Positions 12,849 to 25,600 of a stretch of DNA of 64,000 nt are shown piece after piece. Location: the NCBI RefSeq assembly GCF_037042905.1, contig NC_087247.1, positions 20,026,001 through 20,090,000 of the forward strand. The letters run 5' to 3'. The number at the start of each line of letters is the position of its first letter. Position 1 is the first letter of the stretch. The translations under genes were made by a program, and so were the position numbers. The notes under the pieces were generated by a model that had not been told where the DNA came from, ran no database searches, and saw only the letters and a program-made list of their open reading frames with translations. Origin of the DNA: Lytechinus pictus. Taxonomy: Eukaryota.

Positions 12849-13842
12849 CTGGAGGAGATAATAGGAAGTTTCGCTTCCACTACGCAGAACGCCCTAAGTT
12901 TCGGAGACGACAAAAAAAAACCCAGATATGTCGTTTGTCCAGAGTCCAGGACGAAACTGCGGTTTTTTCGACAAAGGCTTCTTGGTTGCTGATTGTCATG
13001 AAGGGCTTTAACAGTACATTTCCCATGTTCTTAAAAGCGTTCTGCGTCGCCATGCGAAATCTCCGTAATGATAAGATCCACCAGCAATGAACCATTACTG
13101 GTTTGTGTTTATGATGGATTTGCAAGATGGAGTCATACTGTGTATTGAAACTGTTGCGTTGTTAAATGATCGGTTTCTAGTAGGATTTGCAGTGTGACAG
13201 GAGTGTTGCAGGGAGAGAGGGGGGAGGCAGACACACAGACATGACAAAGAGACAGTGGGAGACAGGGAGAGTCAGGAATGGGGAGATGAAGAGATATAGA
13301 TGGAGTGTCCTGGGGAAAGTCTAAGCACTCGGTAATGTGAAAGGGTGTATTGAAGTGTTTGTATCCAATCGAATACCACTCACCTCTCGTCTTGGCTACG
13401 TGTGTTAATAATCCGTTCGTCCACGCGCAGGGGCATGATCGACCTGCCTCTGGTGAGTTCTTAGATCAATCAGAACTCATCGCCCATATCACCTAGCTAG
13501 CGATCATATGATACCCCCATACCTTCATTAGATAGCCAATGACTTGTCCCCAGAGGTTAAAAGGCAGATGACCCCTAAAGGTGCGTCTTTGTAATTGGTT
13601 CCTTGCAAGGCCTCCATTTGAAATTCAAGTGACCTGGACGTCCACGTATACGCCACAACGCAGAGGCGAAAATCATGATTTGAAGGTTGTATGAGTTGGG
13701 AACTAGAGCATACACTTTGCGATTAAACAAATCCGACAAGCAACAGACAAGCAACAAATTTAATTCATGAATGGGTGGTTACTCGGTAGAAAATCGATTT
13801 GATGATTCCTTTGTGATCTATAGAAATAGTAAAAAAAATAAT

Positions 13843-13975
13843 AGGAACGTTTCATGAAGCATCTTGTCAATGACCTCGATTAGTTTGTTCTGAGCCAATC
13901 AGATGCCAGGATTTCAGTAGTTTGTGACCGTTGTCAATGAAAATCAGTGACTATTTGTTTAATGAAATGCCCCCT
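13843..13975. mobile_element. Decayed Harbinger-like MITE
   Basis: GGAACGTTTCATGAAGC ... GTTTAATGAAATGCCCCC termini resemble those of 4264-4420. Confidence 0.5.
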
Positions 13976-16606
13976 CAACCTCGTAGCAGATGTTAGCGGT
14001 GGCGTGAAGACTCATGATGCTCAAACATGTCGCTTTACTCGTGTTTTATATTCATATATATTAAAAAGTTAATGTTTCATATTTCATTTTTCAAGGGCAA
14101 TTAATAAATATTTGAGATTTTTTTTCAATTTCAATTCATTTTATTCAGATTAAAGAATTTCATGCGTGGGTTTATGTTCCTCGAAAGCCTGAGGGCCGAT
14201 GTTAATACCATGGCGGACTTTGATCTATAGTATCAATATACCGTATATGACGACATTCAAGTTACTCTTATACAAAAATGTTTAAAAGATGGTTTTAAAC
14301 ATTGCTTGAGGTATTCATTTGAAAGAGATGCATTCTCTTGACTTAAATGATAAATCTGCACTTAAGTTGTCATGCACTAGCTCAATGAGCATGATGAACA
14401 AAATAACGATACTCTGAAGACGGTCCTTGAATTTCGTTACGTTTTGAAAGAAAGCCGCTCATTTATATTGATAAGTTAGGGTTCGGAGGGGAGTTGAAGT
14501 GATCTTAAATAAACATGAAAGCCGAGTTTAAGTATTCTTGCCACAAAGATTGAAGAATGAAAAATGTAAATGAAAGAAAATCGAAGAGGCGAAAGAAAAA
14601 CATGGGGATGAACGATGACAAGAGGGTTGGATATAGTCCCTTTGAGTTATGAAGTCATTGTTCTTTGTTCAGAGAGAAAAGAAAAATCACTCCATCTCTT
14701 CAGATCCTCTTTCTCTCCTCTCTCTCTCTCTCCTCTGTAGTAAACAAACTTACGATACAAAAGATATCTTACTAACGACTAGCGTATAATATTGGATCAA
14801 AAAGTAATCCCTCTTGCACGTGGATGCACGCGAATACACCACCCATCACTCACATATATAGACTGGACCGTCGATCTTTTTTTGAGGGGGGAGTGAAAAA
14901 AAATCAAAAGAGAGCCAAAAATAATAAAATAGAATTTTGCGAGCAAAAGATACAGCAAGTTTTGTATATTTTTTCCTCATTTTTATGCCAACTTTAAAGG
15001 GGTGATAGTATCTTTCAATGCCTTTTACAACATGTTTGCATGGCATATTATTTTCAAGTTGTAAAAATTATTGAGGGATCACTATATTTTTTCAAAAAAA
15101 AAAAATACTTGCGGAGATCGGCCCTGCCATCTATAGATTATCATGAGTGGATATAAATCTGTAGACATATCTACAGTTTTACAGTGACGCCACAACGACT
15201 AAGCTAATTTTATCGATAGCTTTTATTATTTTAAATGGATTTCACAAAAGCCTCATTAATGTGCTGCTCTTATTTCTCTGCTTTCAAAGCTAACATGTCA
15301 GGATCAACTCTACCTTCGAGTCACGTAATATAACGATTACAAATAGAAGAATAGAAGAAATTTCGTATTATCTTTAATGTAATAAGAAACGCAGTCCCAG
15401 CATACATTTCTGAAAGAGAAAAGGTGGTCCATTCAACCTTTGGCCGGTCAGTGACATGCATCTTTAAAATAGGGGAATGCATGCGGGATCGTTAATGTAT
15501 TTCAGCGGCCTCAATATATCGATCCACATCTCAAGTTGTTCCGAAGATGGTATGCAAGAGCAAATTGACGACACCAACTAGCAGCCGATTAGGAATTCTT
15601 CTTGGACAAGTTTACAACCATGCCCACACGTCACCTTATCCTGTTACCCATCTTCTTGTAGTAGGTCCGTGGGAGTATTTTTCCGCATATCAAACCCTTA
15701 TTTCAGTTGTAGTTTTTGGAAAGAGTGGTCGGATTTTAATAGATTTTTTTAACCTAGTACGCAGACAGATTGAGGGCAGCTTGACCATTGTGCATGAAAG
15801 AATCCCACCCTCCTCATAAGAGTAAACAAACCCTTAAGCTCCGAAAGAAACTATGGAGAGGTCACCCCCCCCCCCCCCGCTGTTGTTTCAGTTATCCTTG
15901 TGAATTCGGGATTTCATGAAACACACATTTAGTCTTGAACTGAAAAACAATTACTTGAACATGGAGGGCTATTATGTGTATCAAGCTTTTTACAATGCTT
16001 TCCTTCACTTTTTTTTTCTGATTTTAGCTTTTTAATATTTTATTATCTACCCGACTATAGATCTTGAAGAATTAAAGTTATTTCGTTTTCTCTAGAATCA
16101 AGTACTTGAATATACATGTACAGCTCAATGTAAAGGTACAGAATTTCAAATAAATATTCGACTTAATACCTTCAAGCTATTCAATGCACGTGTTGTCTGT
16201 GAAAAAAAGTGGAATGGTTGGTAAAACATATACTATCTCTACAGTCATATCTAATACATAAATGTCATTATTCTACCGTTCAATTACATAGGACGAATTC
16301 CGGATTGATTGATTTGGCATTTTGGTGGTTTTAATGACAACGAAAACGAATAGGTGGAGGGAATATCATACAGCAGGAAAGCTTAATGAATTCTCCGGGG
16401 GTGATGTTGCTTGATGAATCGAAAATTGAAGGGTCGTTGTCCTGAACATGTGTGCCAAGATAATGAATTGCAGAACGTAGTAGACATGTATCATCTTTCT
16501 ATAATATCGCTTCTAGCTTTGAGCGTTTAACACACGTACTTTTGTTTCGGTAAATTTAAAGGCTGATGAGCGTTGGGAGAATAAAATGCTAAATGTTTTA
16601 GAGCAT

Positions 16607-17489
16607 GACTTGTGACTATCATCTGCGTTCGCGGAGCGGGGATAGAGCGGAGATGGCCGCAATCTTTTGAGGAAAACCGGGGGAGCTTTTTTCGAAAGTG
16701 TGGGTTGGGGGAGGGAGTCAAATTAACCCACTTTTTCGAGACAACCGGGGGAGCTTATCAACGAAAGGCTGTGTTAGTCGTTTTCTGAACCAGTCTTTTT
16801 TTGAAAATTATTTATCGAAATAACAACAGATTAACGATCAAAAGAATTTGAGGGGGCAAGATAAGGCGTATTGGGCAAAATTTATAAAAAGTTGGGAGCG
16901 AGCAAAAATTTAGATATTTTCATTACAAAAAATCCCATTATGACATAATATTCAGAAAATTATATCATACTTCACACTTCTCTCATTCCTTTCGTCTTGT
17001 TTTTTCTTGGTCGTGAAAATTCCTGGGGGAAAGCGCCTCCAAGTCTCCCTCCCATGTGCACGCCATTGAAGCAAATTAATTAAAAACTGGCTTTCCATCG
17101 CAAGCTGCTAATATAGGAGTAGTATAATAGTTTGCATGTACGGCCGGTCGACGCGCATGCACCGCCGAGACTATTGAAAATAAATAAGCCTAAAATGAAA
17201 ATGCACATAAATATTTGACTTTTCCCCTTTTTTCCTTCCTCAGTTACACACAACCACCTCCCTTATAGGACTCCATGCCCTCATGAAAAACTACACAGAA
17301 ACACACATAAACTACTGCTACAAGAGACTTCTCAGATTAGCCTTTCGTGAAAAGCTCCCCCGGTTGTCTCGAAAAGGTGCGTTAATTTGACTCCCCTCTC
17401 TCAACCCACCTTTTCGAAAAAAGCTTCCCGATTGTCTCGAAAAGGGTGCGGCCACCCCGCTCCGCGAACGCAGACAATCGTCACAAGCC
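16607..17489. mobile_element. Mutator (MULE)-like non-autonomous element with ~160-bp TIRs
   Basis: Arm 16607-16770 is the reverse complement of 17339-17489; G...C ends; 9-bp flanks TTAGAGCAT (16598-16606) and ATAGAGCAT (17490-17498). Confidence 0.85.
16827..17068. mobile_element. Decayed hAT-like MITE nested in the MULE (family of 44647-44920 and 62441-62696)
   Basis: Shares GGCGTAT.GGGCA.AATTT and TCTTGGTCGTGAAA with 62441-62696; ends GCACGCCATTG (compare GTACGCCACTG). Confidence 0.65.
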
Positions 17490-17720
17490 ATAGAGCATAA
17501 TGCTTTTTATTAAATTGATTAATGGGTTTCCCTACAAAAAATATAATTACAAAGAAAAAAAAAATTGACCTTGACCATGGTCATTTGACTTTATCGATTG
17601 AAAGGGGCAAGGAAGGGGGGGGGTAACATCTTAATGACGTTCTAAACACAACACTACAACTTAATACACTATATTTTAGAGTCAGAGTCCATTAATAAAG
17701 TTCAGATTGAACAATATATT

Positions 17721-18045
17721 AATAATAATAATAATATTCCGCATTTATATAGCGCTTAACACATCGGAACGACGTCCCTATAAAGCGCTTTACAGATATA
17801 TTATTACCCCGGTCACCGGATCCTTGCATGCCCGCATACAATGTATGCACCTTCTCCACTCCCTGGGGAGCATTCCAACAAGAGTTCCAAGACTCGATTG
17901 CTAGGCATACTACATAGGCTTTCGCATCCTATCGGGTACCCATTTAGCACCTGGGTCGAGAGTGGCAAAGTGTGGATTAACGCCTTGCCAAAGGACGCTA
18001 GGCCATGGTGGGATTCGAACACACGACCCTCTGATTACAAGGCGA
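17721..18045 (-). mobile_element. tRNA-derived SINE (Deu-type core, L2-like tail), 5'-truncated
   Basis: Minus strand: B box GTGTTCGAATCCC, core GGCAAGGCG...ACTCTCGACCCAGGTGCTAAATGGGTACC, 3' end TAAAGCGCTT...TAAGCGCTATATAAATGCGGAA and (ATT)n tail. Confidence 0.88.
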
Positions 18046-19494
18046 AAAACTCATCCGTGTCGACTAAACATCTCATCTAGGCACAACTGAACAGATTAAA
18101 GAAACAATGTGATTTATTTAAGATATATAGGAGCATATTTCATTAAAAGAAAGAGAGCTATATAATAAAAAGTTAGTAAAGGAACACTAATTTGTAAACG
18201 TAGTAAAATAGGATGCACGAGAATCAACGTAAGCTGTGGAGAACAACCAATTTTACACCTTCAAGGAAGCAACGCGGATCATCACGGATCTCATTTCGCG
18301 GTAATCGGGGTGCCAAATTGATATTTCCTTGGCATTGCCAGAGTGAATACGGCTTATACTGGATATAAACGGAATTGTACAAAAAAATGTGCCGCGGTGT
18401 CTTCAACGATAGACATGGTAGCTATTAGGGTTCTTGCTTGATAGCTCAAAGGAGCAAACACGGACTACAAGGAGGGGAACGGAGGTTACTGGGTCCTTAC
18501 ACGGACCTCCATGGCGGCTTACGCTCTCTACTGTGATATCTCAAGAGTAGTGGCCAAGATTGCAGTTTCTTTCCTTTTTGAAACATTCTGAAGCATGCAC
18601 GTGCATGCCTATGAATATGATGAACACGGACGATTGTTAAGGTACGCAAACAATAGAAAATGTCGATCCTGGATATAGCCGGTTTTACAAGGGCCTACTG
18701 GCTCGGACACGGGGCCTCCTTGATGACTCGGTATAGCTACACGGGTGTACAAGGTTGATTTTGTGGCGAAGGTAAAATTATCTCGCTATACATTATCACA
18801 CATTTTGGACTGGAGAAAATGTCTTACGAACGTCGAGCTAATGCTACAAATGCCACTTTGCATTCATCGAGACCCAGGGAGCGATAAATGATTTCATAAT
18901 GGTGCAGGAAGTCAAGGAAAAGACCCGTGTCCCAACCCTCACCATCGGCATCGTATGTCTAGACTTTATGCAACACATTAACCTTTATATTATTTTGTCT
19001 AAGCTACATCGCCATCAACGAAACAATCCCCTTTGGTAAAACACGATCTAGTTGTCTCGACCGACTCCCCCTCCTTCTCCTTTTAACAAAGTTTAATATA
19101 AGGCATTATCTCTTAAGTTTAAAGGAAGTCATATCGTCTAATGGGAAAATGGGGGGGGGGGGTAGTGAAAAGGTCAACTAAATAAATAAAGTTGATTTCA
19201 TTTTGTAATACTGGGAATATGATTCGTGTATGGGGCAGGATGGGATGCAATAAAAGCTTTGAAATACATCTGAAGAGAAAGAGTTTTACTATTATATGTG
19301 TGTATTATGAAGATAGATATGACGTTTGGATAAATACATTTGGTTGTTAACGTTATGGTAGATTGAATGTTACACTGGACAATATCAGCCTATAATCTAC
19401 AACGCATTCACTAGTAAGTTTTCTACATTGACTTTGAGGTGATGTGTGTATCATTATCATGCCTTCTTCATTAGTGTGTGGGGAATATACATAT

Positions 19495-21205
19495 ATTATA
19501 TAAATAGTGTACAGTCTATTGTACGATATACTGGATTATATGTACGACAAATATGAAATTAGCCCCAGTGCAGGTCGAGGTGAAATAGACCTGCACGAGG
19601 GATAATTTTATATTTGGAGTTCATATAGTCCAGTAGTATTGTATGATAGAACGTTCACTATTTATTATAGTAAATTGTACAACAACGCCTACTTAGCTTG
19701 TTATATACGCGAGCAAATGGGAGGCTGAATGTCAAACATCCGTACCGTTGCACACGTACCAGGGGCAGATCCAGCTTTTGCCAATGTATTTTGTCCTGAA
19801 AATTGAACATTCTGAGCAATGATTGTGATCGTGACCAAGATGTGTAAGTAACTAAATAATTACTGCAATCGCGAGCAGAAATTTTTAATATACGTTCTGG
19901 CCTGATGGAAAACAGACCGTAAGGACTGTTTGCAGTTACCCATTAAAAACAATACATATTTTAACGATCAAATAATGCGAACGCGAAGCGCGAGCTGAAA
20001 ACTTTTGACGTTTTGACCTAAGAATTGGACATTCTAAGCACTTTTTGTAATCATATACAGGATAGGTATAACTCAACATTTCATGCGAGCGCGAAGCGCG
20101 AGCGAAAGAAATGAGATTTACACCTAAAAATGGGACACACTATTCATGTTTCGTAAATCACAAAAAGGATGACTAATTGGGTTTCTTCCTACAAAAATAA
20201 TGCGAGCGCGAAGCGCGAGAAGAAAACTTTTTATATTCTGATATGAAACTGGATAATTCAAGCACGTTTTGAATTAAGAACAAACTGTGTGTTTTTCGGA
20301 GATTTAGACCTAGAATCTGGGCATTCTAGATACAATTATTTTATTTTGAAAATCAATTAAGCGCAAGCGCGAGCTGAAAAAAAATTGATGGCGATCTGAA
20401 GAGGGTCAATTTAAGCACTATTTTAAGCATTGTAGGAAAATTGTGAAGTGGATGTGGATCGTACTTCACAAATGATGCGAGGCGCGAGCCGAATTTTTAA
20501 AATCATTATTTAGACCAAGCACCCGGGGAAATTGTAAGGACATTTTGTCATCATATGAAAATGACTTTTTTCCTATTCCTCTTCCTATTAATCGCAAAAT
20601 GAAACGTGTCGATATCGATATTCCATTCTGAAAAAAGGGACACATTCATTATTAGGAATTCATGAATCTGTTACCTTATTTTTCAATCTAATATTAATGA
20701 GAGCTTGAAATCTGTTGATATTAAGGCCTACTTGTGCACATATGGTAATCCTCCTATGCAGAGCTAATCGGCCGTTGATCAGTGCAGGAGAATGTCTTGA
20801 TGTGCGCAGTTGTTTACCTACATGTGAACTAACAGAATGCGGTGCCACTGCAAGTAGGCCTGTGGGGATCGGGCCGGCCGTTACGAGGCTGTAAATTAAA
20901 CATGGGTCTAATACCTCCTTTATACATTTTTTTTCTGTTTTTCAGCGTTTCTCTCAAGTTAAAAGGACATTTTTTGGGGGCTGCCCAAAAATAGGGGGGC
21001 GGGGCCGGCTCGTAAATTATGCAGACGCACAGGACTGAATAACTAAATGCGCATTGCCATTAATCGATATTCTCCCCATTCATTTACCCTCCAAAAATCT
21101 AAAGTTATATTGTACATATGTACAATATAACTTTTTGAAGGGAGGTCATGTGGTACCAATCCAGCCAATCACAGCTCGTATTTTACTACTACTATTTACT
21201 ATACA
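19495..21205. repeat. Unclassified palindromic repeat, split by a nested element
   Basis: Hairpin TAAATAGTG...CACTATTTA (19501-19664); TATAGTAAAT (~19666) is complementary to ATTTACTATA (~21193); palindrome TATATTGTACATATGTACAATATA at ~21107. Confidence 0.45.
19760..21010. mobile_element. hAT-like non-autonomous element with GCGAGCGCGAAGCGCGAGC arrays (one end truncated); reverse relative of 56364-58130
   Basis: Starts CAGGGGCAGATCCAGC; motif at ~19977, 20085, 20202, 20360 and 20477; G-tract near the end. Confidence 0.75.
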
Positions 21206-21224
21206 TATTTATATATATTCATGA

Positions 21225-21465
21225 TCTTTTTCTCCAAGCGCGCTATATACATTCATAACAGCATTTTGCGCACCTTGCAGCAGTTACCCTAGTCCCGCTG
21301 AGATCGCGCACGCTTTAATAAAAACAACTGTCTTTTAAACTTGTCACAATTCACGAATCTTCCCCGAAGAAGGTAGATGACTACCGAAAATTTGGAAAGT
21401 GAATAAAGAACTTGTTGGCATTGCAAACTTGCATTACTCGTGAATATCATTTGTTTGGCATTTCT
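21225..21465 (+). mobile_element. Penelope-like/retrozyme terminal-repeat fragment
   Basis: Contains a minimal hammerhead fold followed directly by AATAAA, the arrangement typical of Penelope-like terminal repeats. Confidence 0.5.
21349..21407 (+). ncRNA. Minimal type I hammerhead ribozyme motif (U4>C core variant)
   Basis: Stem I ATTCAC/GTGAAT plus TTCC/GGAA; core CCGAAGA (21364-70); stem II GGTAG-ATGA-CTACC; GAAA (21386-89); palindromic AAATTT in place of stem III. Confidence 0.65.
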
Positions 21466-22404
21466 GATATATATATATATATATATATATATCTATTTAC
21501 ATATATATACATATATGTATGTATGTATTGGCGCTTTGGGTGCTTCTGGAGTGCATGGCTGCCCTTTTGGAGAGCTATTTTTTGTTGTTGTGAAATTTTA
21601 ACTTCAATCAAGGTGCCATTACTCGTTGGGTTCCTAGAGTGTTGAATTGTCACTTTGTCATCAGAGTGTGGATACTGCTGTTTTTAATACTTATATGTAT
21701 TTTGCATCATGATATTATAACTTCATATGTTTTTTAAACTTGTTAAATCAGGACATTGATGTAAAACACCAATTCAGCTGATCTTTTTATCCTGTATAAA
21801 TATTTTCTAATAAATAAATATTAGATAGTATGTATTTCAATGTATTAGAATTTTTCGGAACATAATGGAAATCCACCCTGGTAAACCAAAGAAGGCTAAT
21901 GCATCTTTATTCCAATGTAAAAATTTAATATAGTATATTATTTGATAATATTCTTACCGGATTGTATTATGGCACTCAAACATAACTCGCCATCTTTACT
22001 GATGGATTTATTGACTATGCATTATGTAGTCCATACAATTACTTACCCCTAGTTCTAGATTCCCTTATCATCTTCTGATATCGATTAAGGCAATATGATT
22101 CGTAATAAATGGTTCGTGACCGGCGCATGAACTGAGTATAATAAAACGTTTCGTAGCGGTTACAATAAAGAACTTGAAAAGAGAGACAAAATTGAAGAAA
22201 AAAAAAATATCCGGCACAGACACGATTTTTGTCACGTTTCTGATATTTCATTATTTACATTACAATAACCATTGCGTACAAGAGAAATGTGATTAAGCAT
22301 ATATGGCAAGAAAATATAAAATAATGAAGTTTATTTTTTGTCCCCTTGTTATACTAAGCATACTCACCTTTTCAGTTATCATCTTTCGAAAAACTACTCA
22401 ATAA

Positions 22405-22622
22405 TATATTTATTATTCTTGCTATTATTATCATCATTATGATTATTATGCTTATTAATATTATTATCATTATTATTGTTGTTGCCGTTGCTGTTGTTGT
22501 TGTTATTAGTATTATTATTATCATCATCATCATCGTTATTATAGATACCGTTGTATTACTTGTAATATTATTGTTATCATTAAAATTTTCATCATTACTA
22601 TTATCATTACAATTATCATTAC
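22405..22622. repeat. (ATT)n/(GTT)n/(ATC)n compound microsatellite
   Basis: Direct reading. Confidence 0.9.
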
Positions 22623-25600
22623 GGTAAGGATAAATATTAAGAAGCGTCGAAAAGTAAAAAAATATAATACGTGACTACTTAGAACAATTTTCCTGACAAT
22701 GACCATTTTCATTGTTGATTGTGTTTACCCCCATCCCAGTCAGCACGTTTAATATCTCGCTACCCGCTCTTTATCTGTTTGAATGGTTTGTTCAACTGTT
22801 TTTCATAACATCTTAAAATCAATTTTATTGAGGAGGAGCTCAGAGGTAAATGCATACTTTAAGTGAGATTTTATTATTGTCAACAACGTCCACCTCATCC
22901 ATTATAAAACAAAAAATATAAACACCAATGATATAGTTCCAAGCACTGATTGCGTGGCAATTTGTACCTTGCATCAAATGGGCCTGCTATCTACGTGTTA
23001 CGAATTCGTTACTCTTTCTCAGTGGGGTCGCTTATATAATTGTATCGATATAGCTTTAATTGTTTTTTATAAAGGCTTTTTTTTATTTATAATTTTTTTA
23101 TACTTTATGTATGGTGATCTCGGTGATGGGTATCATTTTGCACCCGAGTTCAGTGACATACTCGGTCTTTCAATATCATTGTATTTTGTAGTATTTGTTC
23201 ACAACCTCATAAAAAAAGATATTTGTAATCTATGTCACGTTCTTACAAAAAGATATTGATGGGAGAGGACACTGTCTTCGCCAGTAAATCGATTTTTTCA
23301 AAACATGGTCAGAATACCAAATACTTGTAATTCCAGGTGAGCTTAATTTGATAATGTGTTTTCATCTAGAGTGATATACAGGGTGATAAAATAAATAAGG
23401 ATACTATCTGTTTTCTCACTTTATAAACCTTGTGCAACCCTCACGATCTGTTCGCGACCCATTTGAAAAATAAGAAAAATGTAATATGAAACTTCCAACC
23501 TGTGAAATCTTATCGATCATATTTTAGAACATTCGTGTAAATAGCAAAATAAATATTACGAGCCTCCCCGTAGGAACAAAAGCGAATTCAACTCATAATA
23601 TAAATCTTGCAATTGGGCTATATAGGATCAAAAGCGAATTTAGACTTTTTACCCTGACTACGAAACTTGGAGAAGAATCATGATTTTGGCATTACTAGCA
23701 TGATTAATAACCTCTAAAAAAATATATCTTTAATTATTCAAACTTTCATATTCATTACAAATTTGATTTGCTTAGAAATTGGGTCGCAGACGGATGGCAT
23801 AATTCAAAACTTTCCGCTCGGTCTCTCTGTGGCGTTGGCTAGTCATGATAATCAAAATATATTGCGCGGGGCAAGTGCCTACTTGCAACATCTGACGTAC
23901 GGTTTCAGTGCCTCCAATTCTTAACCGTTACTGCTTCCGTTTCATCAGTAACGGTGGCACATAATGGTTCATCCCTGTGTATAGATCTCATTTTAATTAT
24001 GTTAATAGGGGTGCACCTGTTAATACTTTTTTTCAAACGATATTGATCCCGAGTTTGGTTTTATAGCTAGAAGATAATCTCTTTAAATCCATTGCTACCA
24101 GTTGCAATAGGACCATTGACATATCACTGTTTCAAAGATTTTTTTTTCTCCCGCATAGGGCTTCGGTTAAGAGTTTGAAGAATCCGTAATCATTCTCCTT
24201 TTCTTGCTAGGTTGTTGATTAGAGGGGCTAATTCTATCAATCCTCAACACTACTATAATGACATTACGTTTTTACGTGTAACAACCTGTCAGAATTCTCA
24301 ATTAAAGAAGCTTCCTATTAGTGACCTTCCACTTTCTCAACAACAAAAAATGGAAGAACACGAAAGCGCATTTTCAATAAAACAGAGTGACCTTTTCCAA
24401 GAAATGCTTTTCATCACTTTGATCTTAATACGTTTATTTATATCATCCTACTTCTTCGCCAATGTTACATGATTCTTCTGAAACCCCAGTTAGGTACCTC
24501 ACCAATTTACCTATGAAGCGCCAAGGTGGTTTTTCTCTTAAGTTGGCAAATTGATTTCAGCGCATAACCTTTCAAGTTTGAATATGAACGACCACAGTCA
24601 TGACCACAAGGCAGTGCTCACTTTCTGCTTCAATTGCAGTGTTTACGTTGCCATGGTTCCTGATGACTGATGTTAGGTAAGGCTTGGTTGTATCTCTAAA
24701 CAAGTAGCCTGTAAACTTTATCAAAACAATTGAATTGAGATAATACATATAAAATGTCGTCATGGCAATTCTGAATCGCCGAATTATGAAGCGCCATACC
24801 ATTTTCATTAAAGTTTGAAAAGGGCTCTTCATATTTTCTTTAACGGAGCGATTTTGATGAGATATCTAAAGCTAGAATCGAACAAATTAAGGGTAGATTT
24901 AAAATAGATTAAATTCAGTTTTAATTCTTTTTCTAGCTCATATCCATTTAGTAAAATGAATCTTTCATATTGATGACGTAAAATTTCTGCCTTGATTTTC
25001 TAATTTGAACGAGTAAACCATGCCTCGGTCATTTCCGGCAAATTCTGACTTTTGAATAAATGTATATTCATAACGGTTATTGCTTAAATATATCACAAAT
25101 TAACCATTCAGAATGAAATAATCCGCAACAAGGTCACCGTTAACAGAGAAAAAATAACAAATTAACTCATGCCCCAGTTCACAGTGGGGATATATACAAA
25201 CCCGTCTACTCGAAATGACGTTTGTATGCTACTCTGTTCTTCAAAAACCGTAAACAGATATATCACTCAAATACTGAATGCAAGCATCTGTAGCTGCTTT
25301 GTATTTACATCTTTTACCGCCATGCCATCCGCTCATTTCCTTTTCCTGTTGATGAATATTACCTTATAGAGCGATTGAAAATATCAGACATACAGTATGA
25401 CCTGAAAATCCACATCACTGACGGTCACCTCTTGATATCATATTTGGTGTCTGATCCTATTTCATGAGTGATATGGGTTTTTTTCACTTTGTTTGAGCAG
25501 TTTGAGAAAAAAAAATGTTTTTTTCGTAAACGGATTCATCTAAATATTGATATATTCGTCCATAGGTTAGGAGGGGGCGTAAAATGGCAAGTAGTGTGGT

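Noticed and set aside
12880-13125. Minus-strand ORF sharing TAVSSWTLDKR with the 46400 copy, as a duplicated exon
   Set aside because: No clear splice sites or domain similarity, and the peptide match follows simply from nucleotide identity.
17995-18045. tRNA gene (GTTCGAATCC B box)
   Set aside because: Only the 3' half of a tRNA-like head is present, fused to a SINE core and tail.
23925-23954. Hairpin containing CTGATGA on the minus strand (possible second hammerhead)
   Set aside because: No stem II followed by GAAA; it is only a 9-bp inverted repeat.
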